DNA of 64,000 bases, taken from assembly GCA_964016885.1 (NCBI GenBank), contig OZ024743.1:12896001-12960000 (forward strand), read 5' to 3'. Below, in pieces: positions 1 to 15,000 of this stretch. The notes below the pieces were generated by a model. It was not told where the DNA came from, ran no database searches, and saw only the letters and a program-made list of their open reading frames with translations. Source of the DNA: Eledone cirrhosa (Eukaryota). Within the stretch, counting starts at the first letter, position 1. Each line of letters begins with the position of its first letter. The translations under genes were made by a program, and so were the position numbers.

Positions 1-3000
1 ATGGTGTTGCTGCCGTTGTGTATGTTGTGTCTGGTGTTGTTGCTGCCGTTGTGTATGTTGTGTATGGTGTTGCTGCCGTTGTGTATGTTGTGTATGGTGT
101 TGCTGGCGTTGTGTATGTTGTGTATGGTGTTGCTGCCGTTGTGTATGTTGTGTATGGTGTTGCTGCCGTTGTGTATGTTGTGTATGGTGTTGCTGCTGTT
201 GTGTATGTTGTGTATGGTGTTGCTGCCGTTGTGTATATTGTGTATGGTGTTGCTGCTGTTGTGTATGTTGTGTATGGTGTTGCTGCTGTGTGTATGTTGT
301 GTATGGTGTTGTTGCTGTTGTGTATGTTGTGTATGGTGTTGTTGCTGCTGTTGTGTATGGTGTTGCTGCCGTTGTGTATGTTGTGTATGGTGTTGTTGCT
401 GCCGTTGTGTATGTTGTGTATGGTGTTGCTGCCGTTGTATATGTTGTGTATGGTGTTGCTGCTGTTGTGTATGTTGTGTATGGTGTTGCTGCAGTTGTGT
501 ATGTTGTGTATGGTGTTGCTGCCGTTGTGTATGTTGTGTATGGTCTTGCTGCCGTTGTGTATGTTGTATATGGTCTTGCTGCCGTTGTGTATGTTGTGTA
601 TGGTGTTGCTGCTGTTGTGTATGTTGTGTATGGTGTTGTTGCTGCCGTTGTGTATGTTGTGTATGGTGTTGCTGCTGTTGTGTATGTTGTGTATGGTGTT
701 GCTGCTGTTGTGAATGTTGTGTATGGTGTTGCTGCCGTTGTGTATGTTGTGTATGGAGTTGTTGCTGCTGTTGTGTATGATGTGTATGGTGTTGCTGCCG
801 TTGTGTATGTTGTGTATGTTGTTGTTGCTGTTGTGTATGTTGTGTATGGTGTTGCTGCTGTTGTGTACGTTGTGTATGGTGTTGCTGCCGTTGTGTATGT
901 TGTGTATGGTGTTGCTGCTGTTGTGTATGTTGTGTATGGCGTTGCTGCTGTTGTGAATGTTGTGTATGGTGTTGTTGCTGTTGTGTATGTTGTGTATGGT
1001 GTTGCTGCTGTTGTGTACGTTGTGTATGGTGTTGCTGCTGTTGTGTATGTTGTGTATGGCGTTGCTGCTGTTGTGTACGTTGTGTATGGTGTTGCTGCTG
1101 TTGTGTATGTTGTGTATGGCGTTGCTGCTGTTGTGAATGTTGTGTATGGTGTTGTTGCTGTTGTGTATGTTGTGTATGGTGTTGCTGCCGTTGTGTATGT
1201 TGTGTATGGTGTTGCTGCTGTTGTGTACGTTGTGTATGGTGTTGCTGCTGTTGTGTATGTTGTGTATGGCGTTGCTGCTGTTGTGAATGTTGTGTATGGT
1301 GTTGTTGCTGTTGTGTATGTTGTGTATGGTGTTGCTGCCGTTGTGTATGTTGTGTATGGTGTTGCTGCTGTTGTGTACGTTGTGTATGGTGTTGCTGCCG
1401 TTGTGTATGTTGTGTATGGTGTTGCTGCTGTTGTGTATGTTGTGTATGGCGTTGCTGCCGTTGTGTATGTTGTGTATGGTGTTGCTGCTGTTGTGTATGT
1501 TGTGTATGGTGTTGTTGCTGCCGTTGTGTATGTTGTGTATGGTGTTGCTGCTGTTGTGAATGTTGTGTATGGTGTTGCTGCCGTTGTGTATGTTGTGTAT
1601 GGTGTTGCTGCCGTTGTGTATGTTGTGTATGGTGTTGCTGCTGTTGTGTATGTTGTGTATGGTGTGGCTGCCGTTGTGTATGTTGTGTATGGTGTTGCTG
1701 CTGTGTGTATGTTGTGTATGGTGTTGTTGCTGCTGTTGTGTATGGTGTTGTATGGTGTTGTTGCTGCTGTTGTGTATGGTGTTGTATGGTGTTGTTGCAG
1801 CTGTTGTGTATGGTGTTGTATGGTGCTGTTGCTGCTGTTGTGTATGGTGATGTTTCTGCTGTTGTGTATGGTGTTGTATGGTGTTGCTGCTGTTGTGTAT
1901 GGTATTGTATGGTGTTGTTGCTGCTGTTGTGTATGGTGTCGTATGGTGTTGTTGCTGCTGTTGTGTATGGTGTTGTTGCTGCTGTCGTGTATGGTGTTGT
2001 ATGGTGTTGTTGCTGTTGTGTATCGTCTTGTATGGTGTTGTTGCTGCTGTTGTGTATGGTGTTGTATGGTGTTGTTGCAGCTGTTGTGTATGGTGTTGTA
2101 TGGTGTTGTTGCTGTTGTGTATCGTCTTGTATGGTGTTGTTGCTGCTGTTGTGTATGGTGTTGTATGGTGTTGTTGCTGCTGTCGTGTATGGTGTTGTAT
2201 GGTGTTGTTGCTGTTGTGTATCGTCTTGTATGGTGTTGTTGCTGCTGTTGTGTATGGTGTTGTATGGTGTTGTTGCAGCTGTTGTGTATGGTGTTGTATG
2301 GTGCTGTTGCTGCTGTTTTGTATGGTGATGTTTCTGCTGTTGTGTATGGTGTTGTATGGTGTTGCTGCTGTTGTGTATGGTATTGTATGGTGTTGTTGCT
2401 GCTGTTGTGTATGGTGTCGTATGGTGTTGTGGCTGCTGTTGTGAATGGTGTTGTTGCTGCTGTCGTGTATGGTGTTGTATGGTGTTGTTGCTGTTGTGTA
2501 TCGTGTTGTATGGTGTTGTTGCTGCTGTTGTGTATGGTGTTGCTGCCGTTGTGTATGTTGTGTATGGTGTTGTTGCTGCCGTTGTGTATGTTGTGTATGG
2601 TGTTGCTGCCGTTGTGTATGTTGTGAATGGTGTTGCTGCCGTTATGTATGTTGTGTATGGAGTTGTTGCTGTTGTGTATGTTGTGTATGGTGTTGCTGCC
2701 GTTGTGTATGTTGTGTATGGTGTTGTTGCTGCTGTTGTGTATGGTGTTGCTGCCTTTGTGTATGTTGTGTATGGTGTTGTTGCTGCCGTTGTGTATGTTG
2801 TGTATGGTGTTGCTGCCGTTGTGTATGTTGTGTATGGTATTGCTGCCGTTGTGTATGTTGTGTATGGAGTTGTTGCTAGTGTGTGTATGTTGTGTATGGT
2901 GTTGCTGCTTTTGTGTATGTTGTGTATGGTGTTGCTGCAGTTGTGTATGTTGTGTATGGTGTTGATGCTGTTGTGTATGTTGTGTATGGTGTTGCTGCAG

Positions 3001-6000
3001 TTGTGTATGTTGTGTATGGTGTTGCTGCCGTTGTGTATGTTGTGTATGGTGTTGCTGCAGTTGTGTATGTTGTGTATGGTGTTGCTGCCGTTGTGTATGT
3101 TGTGTATGGTGTTGCTGCAGTTGTGTATGTTGTGTATGGTGTTGCTGCCGTTGTGTATGTTGTGTATGGTGTTGTTGCTGCCGTTCTGTATGTTGTGTAT
3201 GGTGTTGCTGCCGTTGTGTATGTTGTGAATGGTGTTGCTGCCGTTGTGTATGTTGTGTATGGCATTGTTGCTGTTGTGTATTTTGTGTATGGTGTTGCTG
3301 CCGTTGTGTATGTTGTGTATGGTGTTGTTGCTGTTGTGTATGTTGTGTATGGTGTTGTTGCTGCTGTTGTGTATGGTGTTGCTGCCGTTGTGTATGTTGT
3401 GTATGGTGTTGTTGCTGCTGTTGTATATGGTGTTGCTGCCGTTGTGTATGTTGTGTATGGTGTTGTTGCTGCCGTTGTGTATGTTGTGTATGGTGTTGCT
3501 GCCGTTGTGTATGTTGTGTATGGTGTTGCTGGCGTTGTGTATGTTGTGTATGGTGTTGCTGCTGTTGTGTATGTTGTGTATGGTGTTGCTGCCGTTGTGT
3601 ATGTTGTGTATGGTGTTGCTGCCGTTGTGTATGTTGTGTATGGTGTTGCTGCTGTTGTGTATTTGTGTATGGTGTTGCTGCAGTTGTGTATGTTGTGTAT
3701 GGTGTTGCTGCTGTGTGTATGTTGTGTATGGTGTTGCTGCTGTTGTGTATGTTGTGTATGGTGTTGCTGCAGTTGTGTATGTTGTGTATGGTGTTGCTGT
3801 GTATGTTGTGTATGGTGTTGCTGCTGTTGTGTATGTTGTGTATGGTGTTGCTGCCGTTGTGTATGTTGTGTATGGTGTTGCTGCTGATGTGTATGTTGTG
3901 TATGGTGTTGCTGCCGTTGTGTATGTTGTGTATGGTGTAGGTGCCGTCGTGTATGTTGTGTATGGTGTTGTATGGTGTTGTTGCTGCTGTTGTGTATGGT
4001 GTTGTATGGTGTTGTTGCTGCTGTTGTGTATGGTGTTGTATGGTGTTGTTGCAGCTGTTGTGTATGGTGTTGTATGGTGCTGTTGCTGCTGTTGTGTATG
4101 GTGATGTTTCTGCTGTTGTGTATGGTGTTGTATGGTGTTGCTGCTGTTGTGTATGGCATTGTATGGTGTTGTTGCTGCTGTTGTGTATGGTGTCGTATGG
4201 TGTTGTTGCTGCTGTTGTGTATGGTGTTGTTGCTGCTGTCGTGTATGGTGTTGTATGGTGTTGTTGCTGTTGTGTATCGTCTTGTATGGTGTTGTTGCTG
4301 CTGTTGTGTATGGTGTTGTATGGTGTTGTTGCTGCTGTTGTGTATGGTGTTGTATGGTGCTGTTGCCGTTGTGTATGTTGTGTATGGTGTTGCTGCCGTT
4401 GTGTATGTTGTGTATGGTGTTGTTGCTGCCGTTGTGTATGTTGTGTATGGTGTTGCTGCCGGTGTGTATGTTGTGAATGATGTTGCTGCCGTTGTGTATG
4501 TTGTGTATGGAGTTGTTGCTGTTGTGTATGTTGTGTATGGTGTTGCTGCCATTGTGTATGTTGTGTATGGTGTTGTTGCTGTTGTGTATGTTGTGTATGG
4601 TGTTGTTGCTGCTTTTGTGTATGGTGTTGCTGCCGTTGTGTATGTTGTGTATGGTGTTGTTGCTGCTGTTGTGTATGGTGTTGCTGCCGTTGTGTATGTT
4701 GTGTATGGTGTTGTTGCTGCCGTTGTGTATGTTGTGTATGGTGTTGCTGCCGTTGTGTATGTTGTGTATGGTGTTGCTGCCGTTGTGTATGTTGTGTATG
4801 GTGTTGCTGCCCTTGTGTATGTTGTGTATGGTGTTGCTGCCGTTGTGTATGTTGTGTATGGTGTTGCTGCCGTTGTGTATGTTGTGTATGGTGTTGTTGC
4901 TGTTGTGTATGTTGTGTATGGTGTTGTTGCTGTTGTGTACGTTGTGTATGGTGTTGCTGCCGTTGTGTATGTTGTGTATGGTGTTGCTGCCGTTGTGTAT
5001 GTTGTGTATGGTGTTGTTGCTGTTGTGTATGTTGTGTATGGTGTTATTGCTGCTGTTGTGTATGGTGTTGCTGCCGTTGTGTATGTTGTTTTTTGTTGTT
5101 GTTGCTGCCGTTGTGTATGTTGTGTATGGTGTTGCTGCCGTTGTGTATGTTGTGTATGGTGTTGCTGCCGTTGTGTATGTTGTGTATGGAGTTGTTGCTG
5201 CTGTGTGTATGTTGTGTATGGTGTTGCTGCTGTTGTGTATGTTGTGTATGGTGTTGCTGCAGTTGTGTATGTTGTGTATGGTGTTGCTGCTGTTGTGTAT
5301 GTTGTGTATGGTGTTGCTGCAGTTGTGTATGTTGTGTATGGTGTTGCTGCCGTTGTGTATGTTGTGTATGGTGTTGCTGCTGTTGTGTATGTTGTGTATG
5401 GTGTTGCTGCCGTTGTGTATGTTGTGTATGGTGTTGCTGCTGTGTGTATGATGTGTATGGTGTTGCTGCCATTGTGTATGTTGTGTATGGTGTAGGTGCC
5501 GTTGTGTATGTTGTGTATGGTGTTGTATGGTGTTGTTGCTGCTGTTGTGTATGGTGTTGTATGGTGTTGTTGCTGCTGTTGTGTATGGTGTTGTATGGTG
5601 TTGTTGCAGCTGTTGTGTATGGTGTTGTATGGTGCTGTTGCTGCTGTTGTGTTTGGTGATGTTTCTGCTGTTGTGTATGGTGTTGTATGGTGTTGCTGCT
5701 GTTGTGTATGGTATTGTATGGTGTTGTTGCTGCTGTTGTGTATGGTGTCGTATGGTGTTGTTGCTGCTGTTGTGTATGGTGTTGTTGCTGCTGTCGTGTA
5801 TGGTGTTGTATGGTGTTGTTGCTGTTGTGTATCGTCTTGTATGGTGTTGTTGCTGCTGTTGTGTATGGTGTTGTATGGTGCTGTTGCCGTTGTGTATGTT
5901 GTGTATGGTGTTGCTGCCGTTGTGTATGTTGTGTATGGTGTTGTTGCTGCCGTTGTGTATGTTGTGTATGGTGTTGCTGCCGTTGTGTATGTTGTGAATG

Positions 6001-9000
6001 GTGTTGCTGCCGTTGTGTATGTTGTGTATGGCATTGTTGCTGTTGTGTATGTTGTGTATGGTGTTGCTGCCGTTGTGTATGTTGTGTATGGTGTTGTTGC
6101 TGTTGTGTATGTTGTGTATGGTGTTGTTGCTGCTGTTGTGTATGGTGTTGCTGCTGTTGTGTATGTTGTGTATGGTGTTGTTGCTGCTGTTGTGTATGGT
6201 GTTGCTGCCGTTGTGTATGTTGTGTCTGGTGTTGTTGCTGCCGTTGTGTATGTTGTGTATGGTGTTGCTGCCGTTGTGTATGTTGTGTATGGTGTTGCTG
6301 GCGTTGTGTATGTTGTGTATGGTGTTGCTGCCGTTGTGTATGTTGTGTATGGTGTTGCTGCCGTTGTGTATGTTGTGTATGGTGTTGCTGCTGTTGTGTA
6401 TGTTGTGTATGGTGTTGCTGCCGTTGTGTATATTGTGTATGGTGTTGCTGCTGTTGTGTATGTTGTGTATGGTGTTGCTGCTGTGTGTATGTTGTGTATG
6501 GTGTTGTTGCTGTTGTGTATGTTGTGTATGGTGTTGTTGCTGCTGTTGTGTATGGTGTTGCTGCCGTTGTGTATGTTGTGTATGGTGTTGTTGCTGCCGT
6601 TGTGTATGTTGTGTATGGTGTTGCTGCCGTTGTATATGTTGTGTATGGTGTTGCTGCTGTTGTGTATGTTGTGTATGGTGTTGCTGCAGTTGTGTATGTT
6701 GTGTATGGTGTTGCTGCCGTTGTGTATGTTGTGTATGGTCTTGCTGCCGTTGTGTATGTTGTATATGGTCTTGCTGCCGTTGTGTATGTTGTGTATGGTG
6801 TTGCTGCTGTTGTGTATGTTGTGTATGGTGTTGTTGCTGCCGTTGTGTATGTTGTGTATGGTGTTGCTGCTGTTGTGTATGTTGTGTATGGTGTTGCTGC
6901 TGTTGTGAATGTTGTGTATGGTGTTGCTGCCGTTGGGTATGTTGTGTATGGAGTTGTTGCTGCTGTTGTGTATGATGTGTATGGTGTTGCTGCCGTTGTG
7001 TATGTTGTGTATGTTGTTGTTGCTGTTGTGTATGTTGTGTATGGTGTTGCTGCTGTTGTGTACGTTGTGTATGGTGTTGCTGCCGTTGTGTATGTTGTGT
7101 ATGGTGTTGCTGCTGTTGTGTATGTTGTGTATGGCGTTGCTGCTGTTGTGAATGTTGTGTATGGTGTTGTTGCTGTTGTGTATGTTGTGTATGGTGTTGC
7201 TGCTGTTGTGTACGTTGTGTATGGTGTTGCTGCTGTTGTGTATGTTGTGTATGGCGTTGCTGCTGTTGTGAATGTTGTGTATGGTGTTGTTGCTGTTGTG
7301 TACGTTGTGTATGGTGTTGCTGCTGTTGTGTATGTTGTGTATGGCGTTGCTGCTGTTGTGAATGTTGTGTATGGTGTTGTTGCTGTTGTGTATGTTGTGT
7401 ATGGTGTTGCTGCCGTTGTGTATGTTGTGTATGGTGTTGCTGCTGTTGTGTACGTTGTGTATGGTGTTGCTGCTGTTGTGTATGTTGTGTATGGCGTTGC
7501 TGCTGTTGTGAATGTTGTGTATGGTGTTGTTGCTGTTGTGTATGTTGTGTATGGTGTTGCTGCCGTTGTGTATGTTGTGTATGGTGTTGCTGCTGTTGTG
7601 TACGTTGTGTATGGTGTTGCTGCCGTTGTGTATGTTGTGTATGGTGTTGCTGCTGTTGTGTATGTTGTGTATGGCGTTGCTGCCGTTGTGTATGTTGTGT
7701 ATGGTGTTGCTGCTGTTGTGTATGTTGTGTATGGTGTTGTTGCTGCCGTTGTGTATGTTGTGTATGGTGTTGCTGCTGTTGTGAATGTTGTGTATGGTGT
7801 TGCTGCCGTTGTGTATGTTGTGTATGGTGTTGCTGCCGTTGTGTATGTTGTGTATGGTGTTGCTGCTGTTGTGTATGTTGTGTATGGTGTGGCTGCCGTT
7901 GTGTATGTTGTGTATGGTGTTGCTGCTGTGTGTATGTTGTGTATGGTGTTGTTGCTGCTGTTGTGTATGGTGTTGTATGGTGTTGTTGCTGCTGTTGTGT
8001 ATGGTGTTGTATGGTGTTGTTGCAGCTGTTGTGTATGGTGTTGTATGGTGCTGTTGCTGCTGTTGTGTATGGTGATGTTTCTGCTGTTGTGTATGGTGTT
8101 GTATGGTGTTGCTGCTGTTGTGTATGGTATTGTATGGTGTTGTTGCTGCTGTTGTGTATGGTGTCGTATGGTGTTGTTGCTGCTGTTGTGTATGGTGTTG
8201 TTGCTGCTGTCGTGTATGGTGTTGTATGGTGTTGTTGCTGTTGTGTATCGTCTTGTATGGTGTTGTTGCTGCTGTTGTGTATGGTGTTGTATGGTGTTGT
8301 TGCAGCTGTTGTGTATGGTGTTGTATGGTGTTGTTGCTGTTGTGTATCGTCTTGTATGGTGTTGTTGCTGCTGTTGTGTATGGTGTTGTATGGTGTTGTT
8401 GCTGCTGTCGTGTATGGTGTTGTATGGTGTTGTTGCTGTTGTGTATCGTCTTGTATGGTGTTGTTGCTGCTGTTGTGTATGGTGTTGTATGGTGTTGTTG
8501 CAGCTGTTGTGTATGGTGTTGTATGGTGCTGTTGCTGCTGTTTTGTATGGTGATGTTTCTGCTGTTGTGTATGGTGTTGTATGGTGTTGCTGCTGTTGTG
8601 TATGGTATTGTATGGTGTTGTTGCTGCTGTTGTGTATGGTGTCGTATGGTGTTGTGGCTGCTGTTGTGAATGGTGTTGTTGCTGCTGTCGTGTATGGTGT
8701 TGTATGGTGTTGTTGCTGTTGTGTATCGTGTTGTATGGTGTTGTTGCTGCTGTTGTGTATGGTGTTGCTGCCGTTGTGTATGTTGTGTATGGTGTTGTTG
8801 CTGCCGTTGTGTATGTTGTGTATGGTGTTGCTGCCGTTGTGTATGTTGTGAATGGTGTTGCTGCCGTTATGTATGTTGTGTATGGAGTTGTTGCTGTTGT
8901 GTATGTTGTGTATGGTGTTGCTGCCGTTGTGTATGTTGTGTATGGTGTTGTTGCTGCTGTTGTGTATGGTGTTGCTGCCTTTGTGTATGTTGTGTATGGT

Positions 9001-12000
9001 GTTGTTGCTGCCGTTGTGTATGTTGTGTATGGTGTTGCTGCCGTTGTGTATGTTGTGTATGGTATTGCTGCCGTTGTGTATGTTGTGTATGGAGTTGTTG
9101 CTAGTGTGTGTATGTTGTGTATGGTGTTGCTGCTTTTGTGTATGTTGTGTATGGTGTTGCTGCAGTTGTGTATGTTGTGTATGGTGTTGATGCTGTTGTG
9201 TATGTTGTGTATGGTGTTGCTGCAGTAGTGTATGTTGTGTATGGTGTTGCTGCCGTTGTGTATGTTGTGTATGGTGTTGCTGCAGTTGTGTATGTTGTGT
9301 ATGGTGTTGCTGCCGTTGTGTATGTTGTGTATGGTGTTGCTGCCCTTGTGTATGTTGTGTATGGTGTTGCTGCCGTTGTGTATGTTGTGTATGGTGTTGC
9401 TGCTGTTGTGTATGTTGTGTATGGTGTTGTTGCTACCGTTGTGTATGTTGTGTATGGTGTTGCTGCTGTTGTGAATGTTGTGTATGGTGTTGCTGCCGTT
9501 GTGTATGTTGTGTATGGTGTTGCTGCCGTTGTGTATGTTGTGTATGGTGTTGCTGCTGTTGTGTATGTTGTGTATGGTGTTGCTGCCGTTGTGTATGTTG
9601 TGTATGGTGTTGCTGCTGTGTGTATGTTGTGTATGGTGTTGCTGCTGTGTGTATGTTGTGTATGGTGTTGTTGCTGTTGTGTATGTTGTGTATGGTGTTG
9701 TTGCTGCTGTTGTGTATGGTGTTGTATGGTGTTGTTGCAGCTGTTGTGTATGGTATTGTATGGTGCTGTTGCTGCTGTTGTGTATGGTGATGTTTCTGCT
9801 GTTGTGTATGGTGTTGTATGGTGTTGCTGCCCTTGTGTATGTTGTGTATGATGTTGCTGCTGTTGTGCACGTTGTGTATGGTGTTGCTGCTGTTGTGAAT
9901 GTTGTGTATGGTGTTGCTGCCGTTGTGTATGTTGTGTATGGTGTTGCTGCCGTTGTGTATGTTGTGTATGGTGTTGCTGCTGTTGTGAATGTTGTGTATG
10001 GTGTTGCTGCCGTTGTGTATGTTGTGTATGGTGTTGCTGCCGTTGTGTATGTTGTGTATGGTGTTGTTGCTGTTGTGTATGTTGTGTATGGCGTTGTTGC
10101 TGTTGTGTACGTTGTGTATGGTGTTGCTGCCGTTGTGTATGTTGTGTATGGTGTTGCTGCCGTTGTGTATGTTGTGTATGGTGTTGCTGCTGTTGTGAAT
10201 GTTGTGTATGGTGTTGCTGCCGTTGTGTATGTTGTGTATGGTGTTGCTGCCGTTGTGTATGTTGTGTATGGTGTTGCTGCTGTGTGTATGTTGTGTATGG
10301 TGTTATTGCTGTTGTGTATGTTGTGTATGGTGTTGCTGCTGTTGTGTATGTTGTGTATGGTGTTGCTGCTGTTGTGTATGTTGTGTATGGTGTTACTGCT
10401 GTGTGTATGTTGTGTATGGTGTTGTTGCTGTTGTGTATGTTGTGTATGGTGTTGTTGCTACTGTTGTGTATGGTGTTGCTGCCGTTGTGTATGTTGTGTA
10501 TGGTGTTGTTGCTGCCGTTGTGTATGTTGTGTATGGTGTTGCTGCCGTTGTGTATGTTGTGTATGGCATTGCTGCTGTTGTGTATGTTGTGTATGGTGTT
10601 GCTGCCGTTGTGTATGTTGTGTATGGTGTTGCTGCTGTTGTGTATGTTGTGTATGGTGTTGCTGCCGTTGTGTATGTTGTGTATGGTGTTGCTGCTGTTG
10701 TGTATGTTGTGTATGGTGTTGCTGCTGTGTGTATGTTGTGTATGGTGTTGTTGCTGTTGTGTATGTTGTGTATGGTGTTGTTGCTGCTGTTGTGTATGCT
10801 GTTGCTGCCGTTGTGTATGTTGTGTATGGTGTTGTTGCTGCCGTTGTGTATGTTGTGTATGGTGTTGCTGCCGTTGTGTATGTTGTGTATGGCGTTGCTG
10901 CTGTTGTGTATGTTGTGTATGGTGTTGCTGCCGTTGTGTATGTTGTGTATGGTGTTGCTGCCGTTGTGTATGTTGTGTATGGTGTTGCTGCCGTTGTGTA
11001 TGTTGTGTATGGTGTTGCTGCCGTTGTGTATGTTGTGTATGGTGTTGTTGCTGCCGTTGTGTATGTTGTGTATGGTGTTGCTGCTGTTGTGCATATTGTG
11101 TATGGTGTTGTTGCTGCCGTTGTGTATGTTGTGAATGGTGATGCTGCCGTTGTGTATGTTGTGTATGGAGTTGTTGCTGTTGTGTATGTTGTGTATGGTG
11201 TTGCTGCCGTTGTGTATGTTGTGTATGGTGTTGTTGCTGCTGTTGTGTATGGTGCTGCTGCCGTTGTGTATGTTGTGTATTGTGTTGTTGCTGTTGTGTA
11301 TGTTGTGTATGGTGTTGTTGCTGCTGTTGTGTATGGGGCTGCTGCCGTTGTGTATGTTGTGTATGGTGTTGTATGGTGTTGTTGCTGCTGTTGTGTATGG
11401 TGTTGTATGGTGTTGTTGCTGCTGTTGTGTATGGTGTTGTATGGTGTTGTTGCAGCTGTTGTGTATGGTGTTGTATGGTGCTGTTGCTGCTGTTGTGTAT
11501 GGTGATGTTTCTGCTGTTGTGTATGGTGTTGTATGGTGTTGCTGCTGTTGTGTATGGTATTGTATGGTGTTGTTGCTGCTGTTGTGTATGGTGTCGTATG
11601 GTGTTGTTGCTGCTGTTGTGTATGGTGTTGTTGCTGCTGTCGTGTATGGTGTTGTATGGTGTTGTTGCTGTTGTGTATCGTGTTGTATGGTGTTGTTGCT
11701 GCTGTTGTGTATGGTGTTGCTGCCGTTGTGTATGTTGTGTATGGTGTTGTTGCTGTCGTTGTGTATGTTGTGTATGGTGTTGCTGCCGTTGTGTATGTTA
11801 TGAATGGTGTTGCTGCCGTTGTGTATGTTGTGTATGGAGTTGTTGCTGTTGTGTATGTTGTGTATGGTGTTGCTGCCGTTGTGTATGTTGTGTATGGTGT
11901 TGTTGCTGTTGTGTATGTTGTGTATGGTGTTGTTGCTGCTGTTGTGTATGGTGTTGCTGCCGTTGTGTATGTTGTGTATGGTGTTGTTGCTGCTGTTGTG

Positions 12001-15000
12001 TATGGTGTTGCTGCCGTTGTGTATGTTGTGTATGGTGTTGTTGCTGCCGTTGTGTATGTTGTGTATGGTGTTGCTGCCGTTGTGTATGTTGTGTATGGTG
12101 TTGCTGCTGTTGTGCATGTTGTGTATGGTGTTGCTGCTGCCGTTGTGTATGTTGTGTATGGTGTTGTTGCTGTTGTGTACGTTGTGTATGGTGTTGCTGC
12201 CGTTGTGTATGTTGTGTATGGTGTTGCTGCCGTTGTGTATGTTGTGTATGGCGTTGCTGCTGTTGTGAATGTTGTGTATGGTGTTGCTGCTGTTGTGTAT
12301 GTTGTGTATGGTGTTGCTGCTGTGTGTATGTTGTGTATGGTGTTGTTGCTGTTGTGTATGTTGTGTATGGTGTTGCTGCTGTTGTGTATGTTGTGTATGG
12401 TGTTGTTGCTACCGTTGTGTAAGTTGTGTATGGTGTTGCTGCTGTTGTGTATGTTGTGTATGGTGTTGCTGCTGTTGTGAATGTTGTGTATGGTGTTGCT
12501 GCCGTTGTGTATGTTGTGTATGGTGTTGCTGCCGTTGTGTATGTTGTGTATGGTGTTGCTGCTGTTGTGTATGTTGTGTATGGTGTTGCTGCCGTTGTGT
12601 ATGTTGTGTATGGTGTTGCTGCTGTTGTGTATGTTGTGTATGGTGTTGCTGCTGTGTGTATGTTGTGTATGGTGTTGTTGCTGTTGTGTATGTTGTGTAT
12701 GGTGTTGTTGCTGCTGTTGTGTATGGTGTTGTATGGTGCTGTTGCTGCTGTTGTGTATGGTGATGTTTCTGCTGTTGTGTATGGTGTTGTATGGTGTTTC
12801 TGCTGTTGTGTATGTTGTGTATGGTGTTGCTGCTGTTGTGAATGTTGTGTATGGTTTTGCTGCCGTTGTGTATGTTGTGTATGGTGTTGCTGCCGTCGTG
12901 TATGTTGTGTATGGCGTTGCTGCCGTTGTGTATGTTGTGTATGGTGTTGCTGCTGTTGTGTATGTTGTGTATGGTGTTGCTGCTGTGTGTATGTTGTGTA
13001 TGGTGTTGTTGCTGTTGTGTATGTTGTGTATGGTGTTGCTGCTGTTGTGTATGTTGTGTATGGTGTTGTTGCTACCGTTGTGTATGTTGTGTATGGTGTT
13101 GCTGCTGTTGTGTATGGTGTTGCTGCTGTTGTGTATGTTGTGTATGGTGTTGCTGCCGTTGTGTATGTTGTGTATGGTGTTGCTGCTGTTGTGTATGTTG
13201 TGTATGGTGTTGCTGCCGTTGTGTATGTTGTGTATGGTGTTGCTGCTGTTGTGTATGTTGTGTATGGTGTTGCTGCTGTGTGTATGTTGTGTATGGTGTT
13301 GTTGCTGTTGTGTATGTTGTGTATGGTGTTGTTGCTGCTGTTGTGTATGGTGTTGCTGCCGTTGTGTATGTTGTGTATGGTGTTGTTGCTGCCGTTGTGT
13401 ATGTTGTGTATGGTGTTGCTGCCGTTGTGTATGTTGTGTATGGCGTTGCTGCTGTTGTGTATGTTGTGTATGGTGTTGCTGCCGTTGTGTATGTTGTGTA
13501 TGGTGTTGCTGCCGTTGTGTATGTTGTGTATGGTGTTGCTGCCGTTGTGTATGTTGTGTATGGTGTTGCTGCTGTTGTGTATGTTGTGTATGGTGTTGTT
13601 GCTGCCGTTGTGTATGTTGTGTATGGTGTTGCTACCGTTGTGTATGTTGTGAATGGTGATGCTGCCGTTGTGTATGTTGTGTATGGAGTTGTTGCTGTTG
13701 TGTATGTTGTGTATGGTGTTGCTGCCGTTGTGTATGTTGTGTATGGTGTTGTTGCTGCTGTTGTGTATGGTGCTGCTGCCGTTGTGTATGTTGTGTATGG
13801 TGTTGTTGCTGTTGTGTATGTTGTGTATGGTGTTGTTGCTGCTGTTGTGTATGGGGCTGCTGCCGTTGTGTATGTTGTGTATGGTGTTGTATGGTGTTGT
13901 TGCTGCTGTTGTGTATGGTGTTGTATGGTGTTGTTGCTGCTGTTGTGTATGGTGTTGTATGGTGTTGTTGCAGCTGTTGTGTATGGTGTTGTATGGTGCT
14001 GTTGCTGCTGTTGTGTATGGTGATGTTTCTGCTGTTGTGTATGGTGTTGTATGGTGTTGCTGCTGTTGTGTATGGTATTGTATGGTGTTGTTGCTGCTGT
14101 TGTGTATGGTGTTGCTGCCGTTGTGTATGTTGTGTATGGTCTTGTTGCTGCCGTTGTGTATGTTGTGTATGGTGTTGCTGCCGTTGTGTATGTTATGAAT
14201 GGTGTTGCTGCCGTTGTGTATGTTGTGTATGGAGTTGTTGCTGTTGCTGCTGTTGTGTATGGTGTTGTTGCTGCTGTCGTGTATGGTGTTGTATGGTGTT
14301 GTTGCTGTTGTGTATCGTCTTGTATGGTGTTGTTGCTGCTGTTGTGTATGGTGTTGTATGGTGTTGTTGCTGCTGTTGTGTATGGTGTTGTATGGTGTTG
14401 TTGCAGCTGTTGTGTATGGTGTTGTATGGTGCTGTTGCTGCTGTTGTGTATGGTGATGTTTCTGCTGTTGTGTATGGTGTTGTATGGTGTTGCTGCTGTT
14501 GTGTATGGTATTGTATGGTGTTGTTGCTGCTGTTGTGTATGGTGTCGTATGGTGTTGTGGCTGCTGTTGTGTATGGTGTTGTTGCTGCTGTCGTGTATGG
14601 TGTTGTATGGTGTTGTTGCTGTTGTGTATCGTGTTGTATGGTGTTGTTGCTGCTGTTGTGTATGGTGTTGCTGCCGTTGTGTATGTTGTGTATGGTGTTG
14701 TTGCTGCCGTTGTGTATGTTGTGTATGGTGTTGCTGCCGTTGTGTATGTTGTGAATGGTGTTGCTGCCGTTATGTATGTTGTGTATGGAGTTGTTGCTGT
14801 TGTGTATGTTGTGTATGGTGTTGCTGCCGTTGTGTATGTTGTGTATGGTGTTGTTGCTGCTGTTGTGTATGGTGTTGCTGCCTTTGTGTATGTTGTGTAT
14901 GGTGTTGTTGCTGCCGTGGTGTATGTTGTGTATGGTGTTGCTGCCGTTGTGTATGTTGTGTATGGTATTGCTGCCGTTATGTAGGTTGTGTATGGAGTTG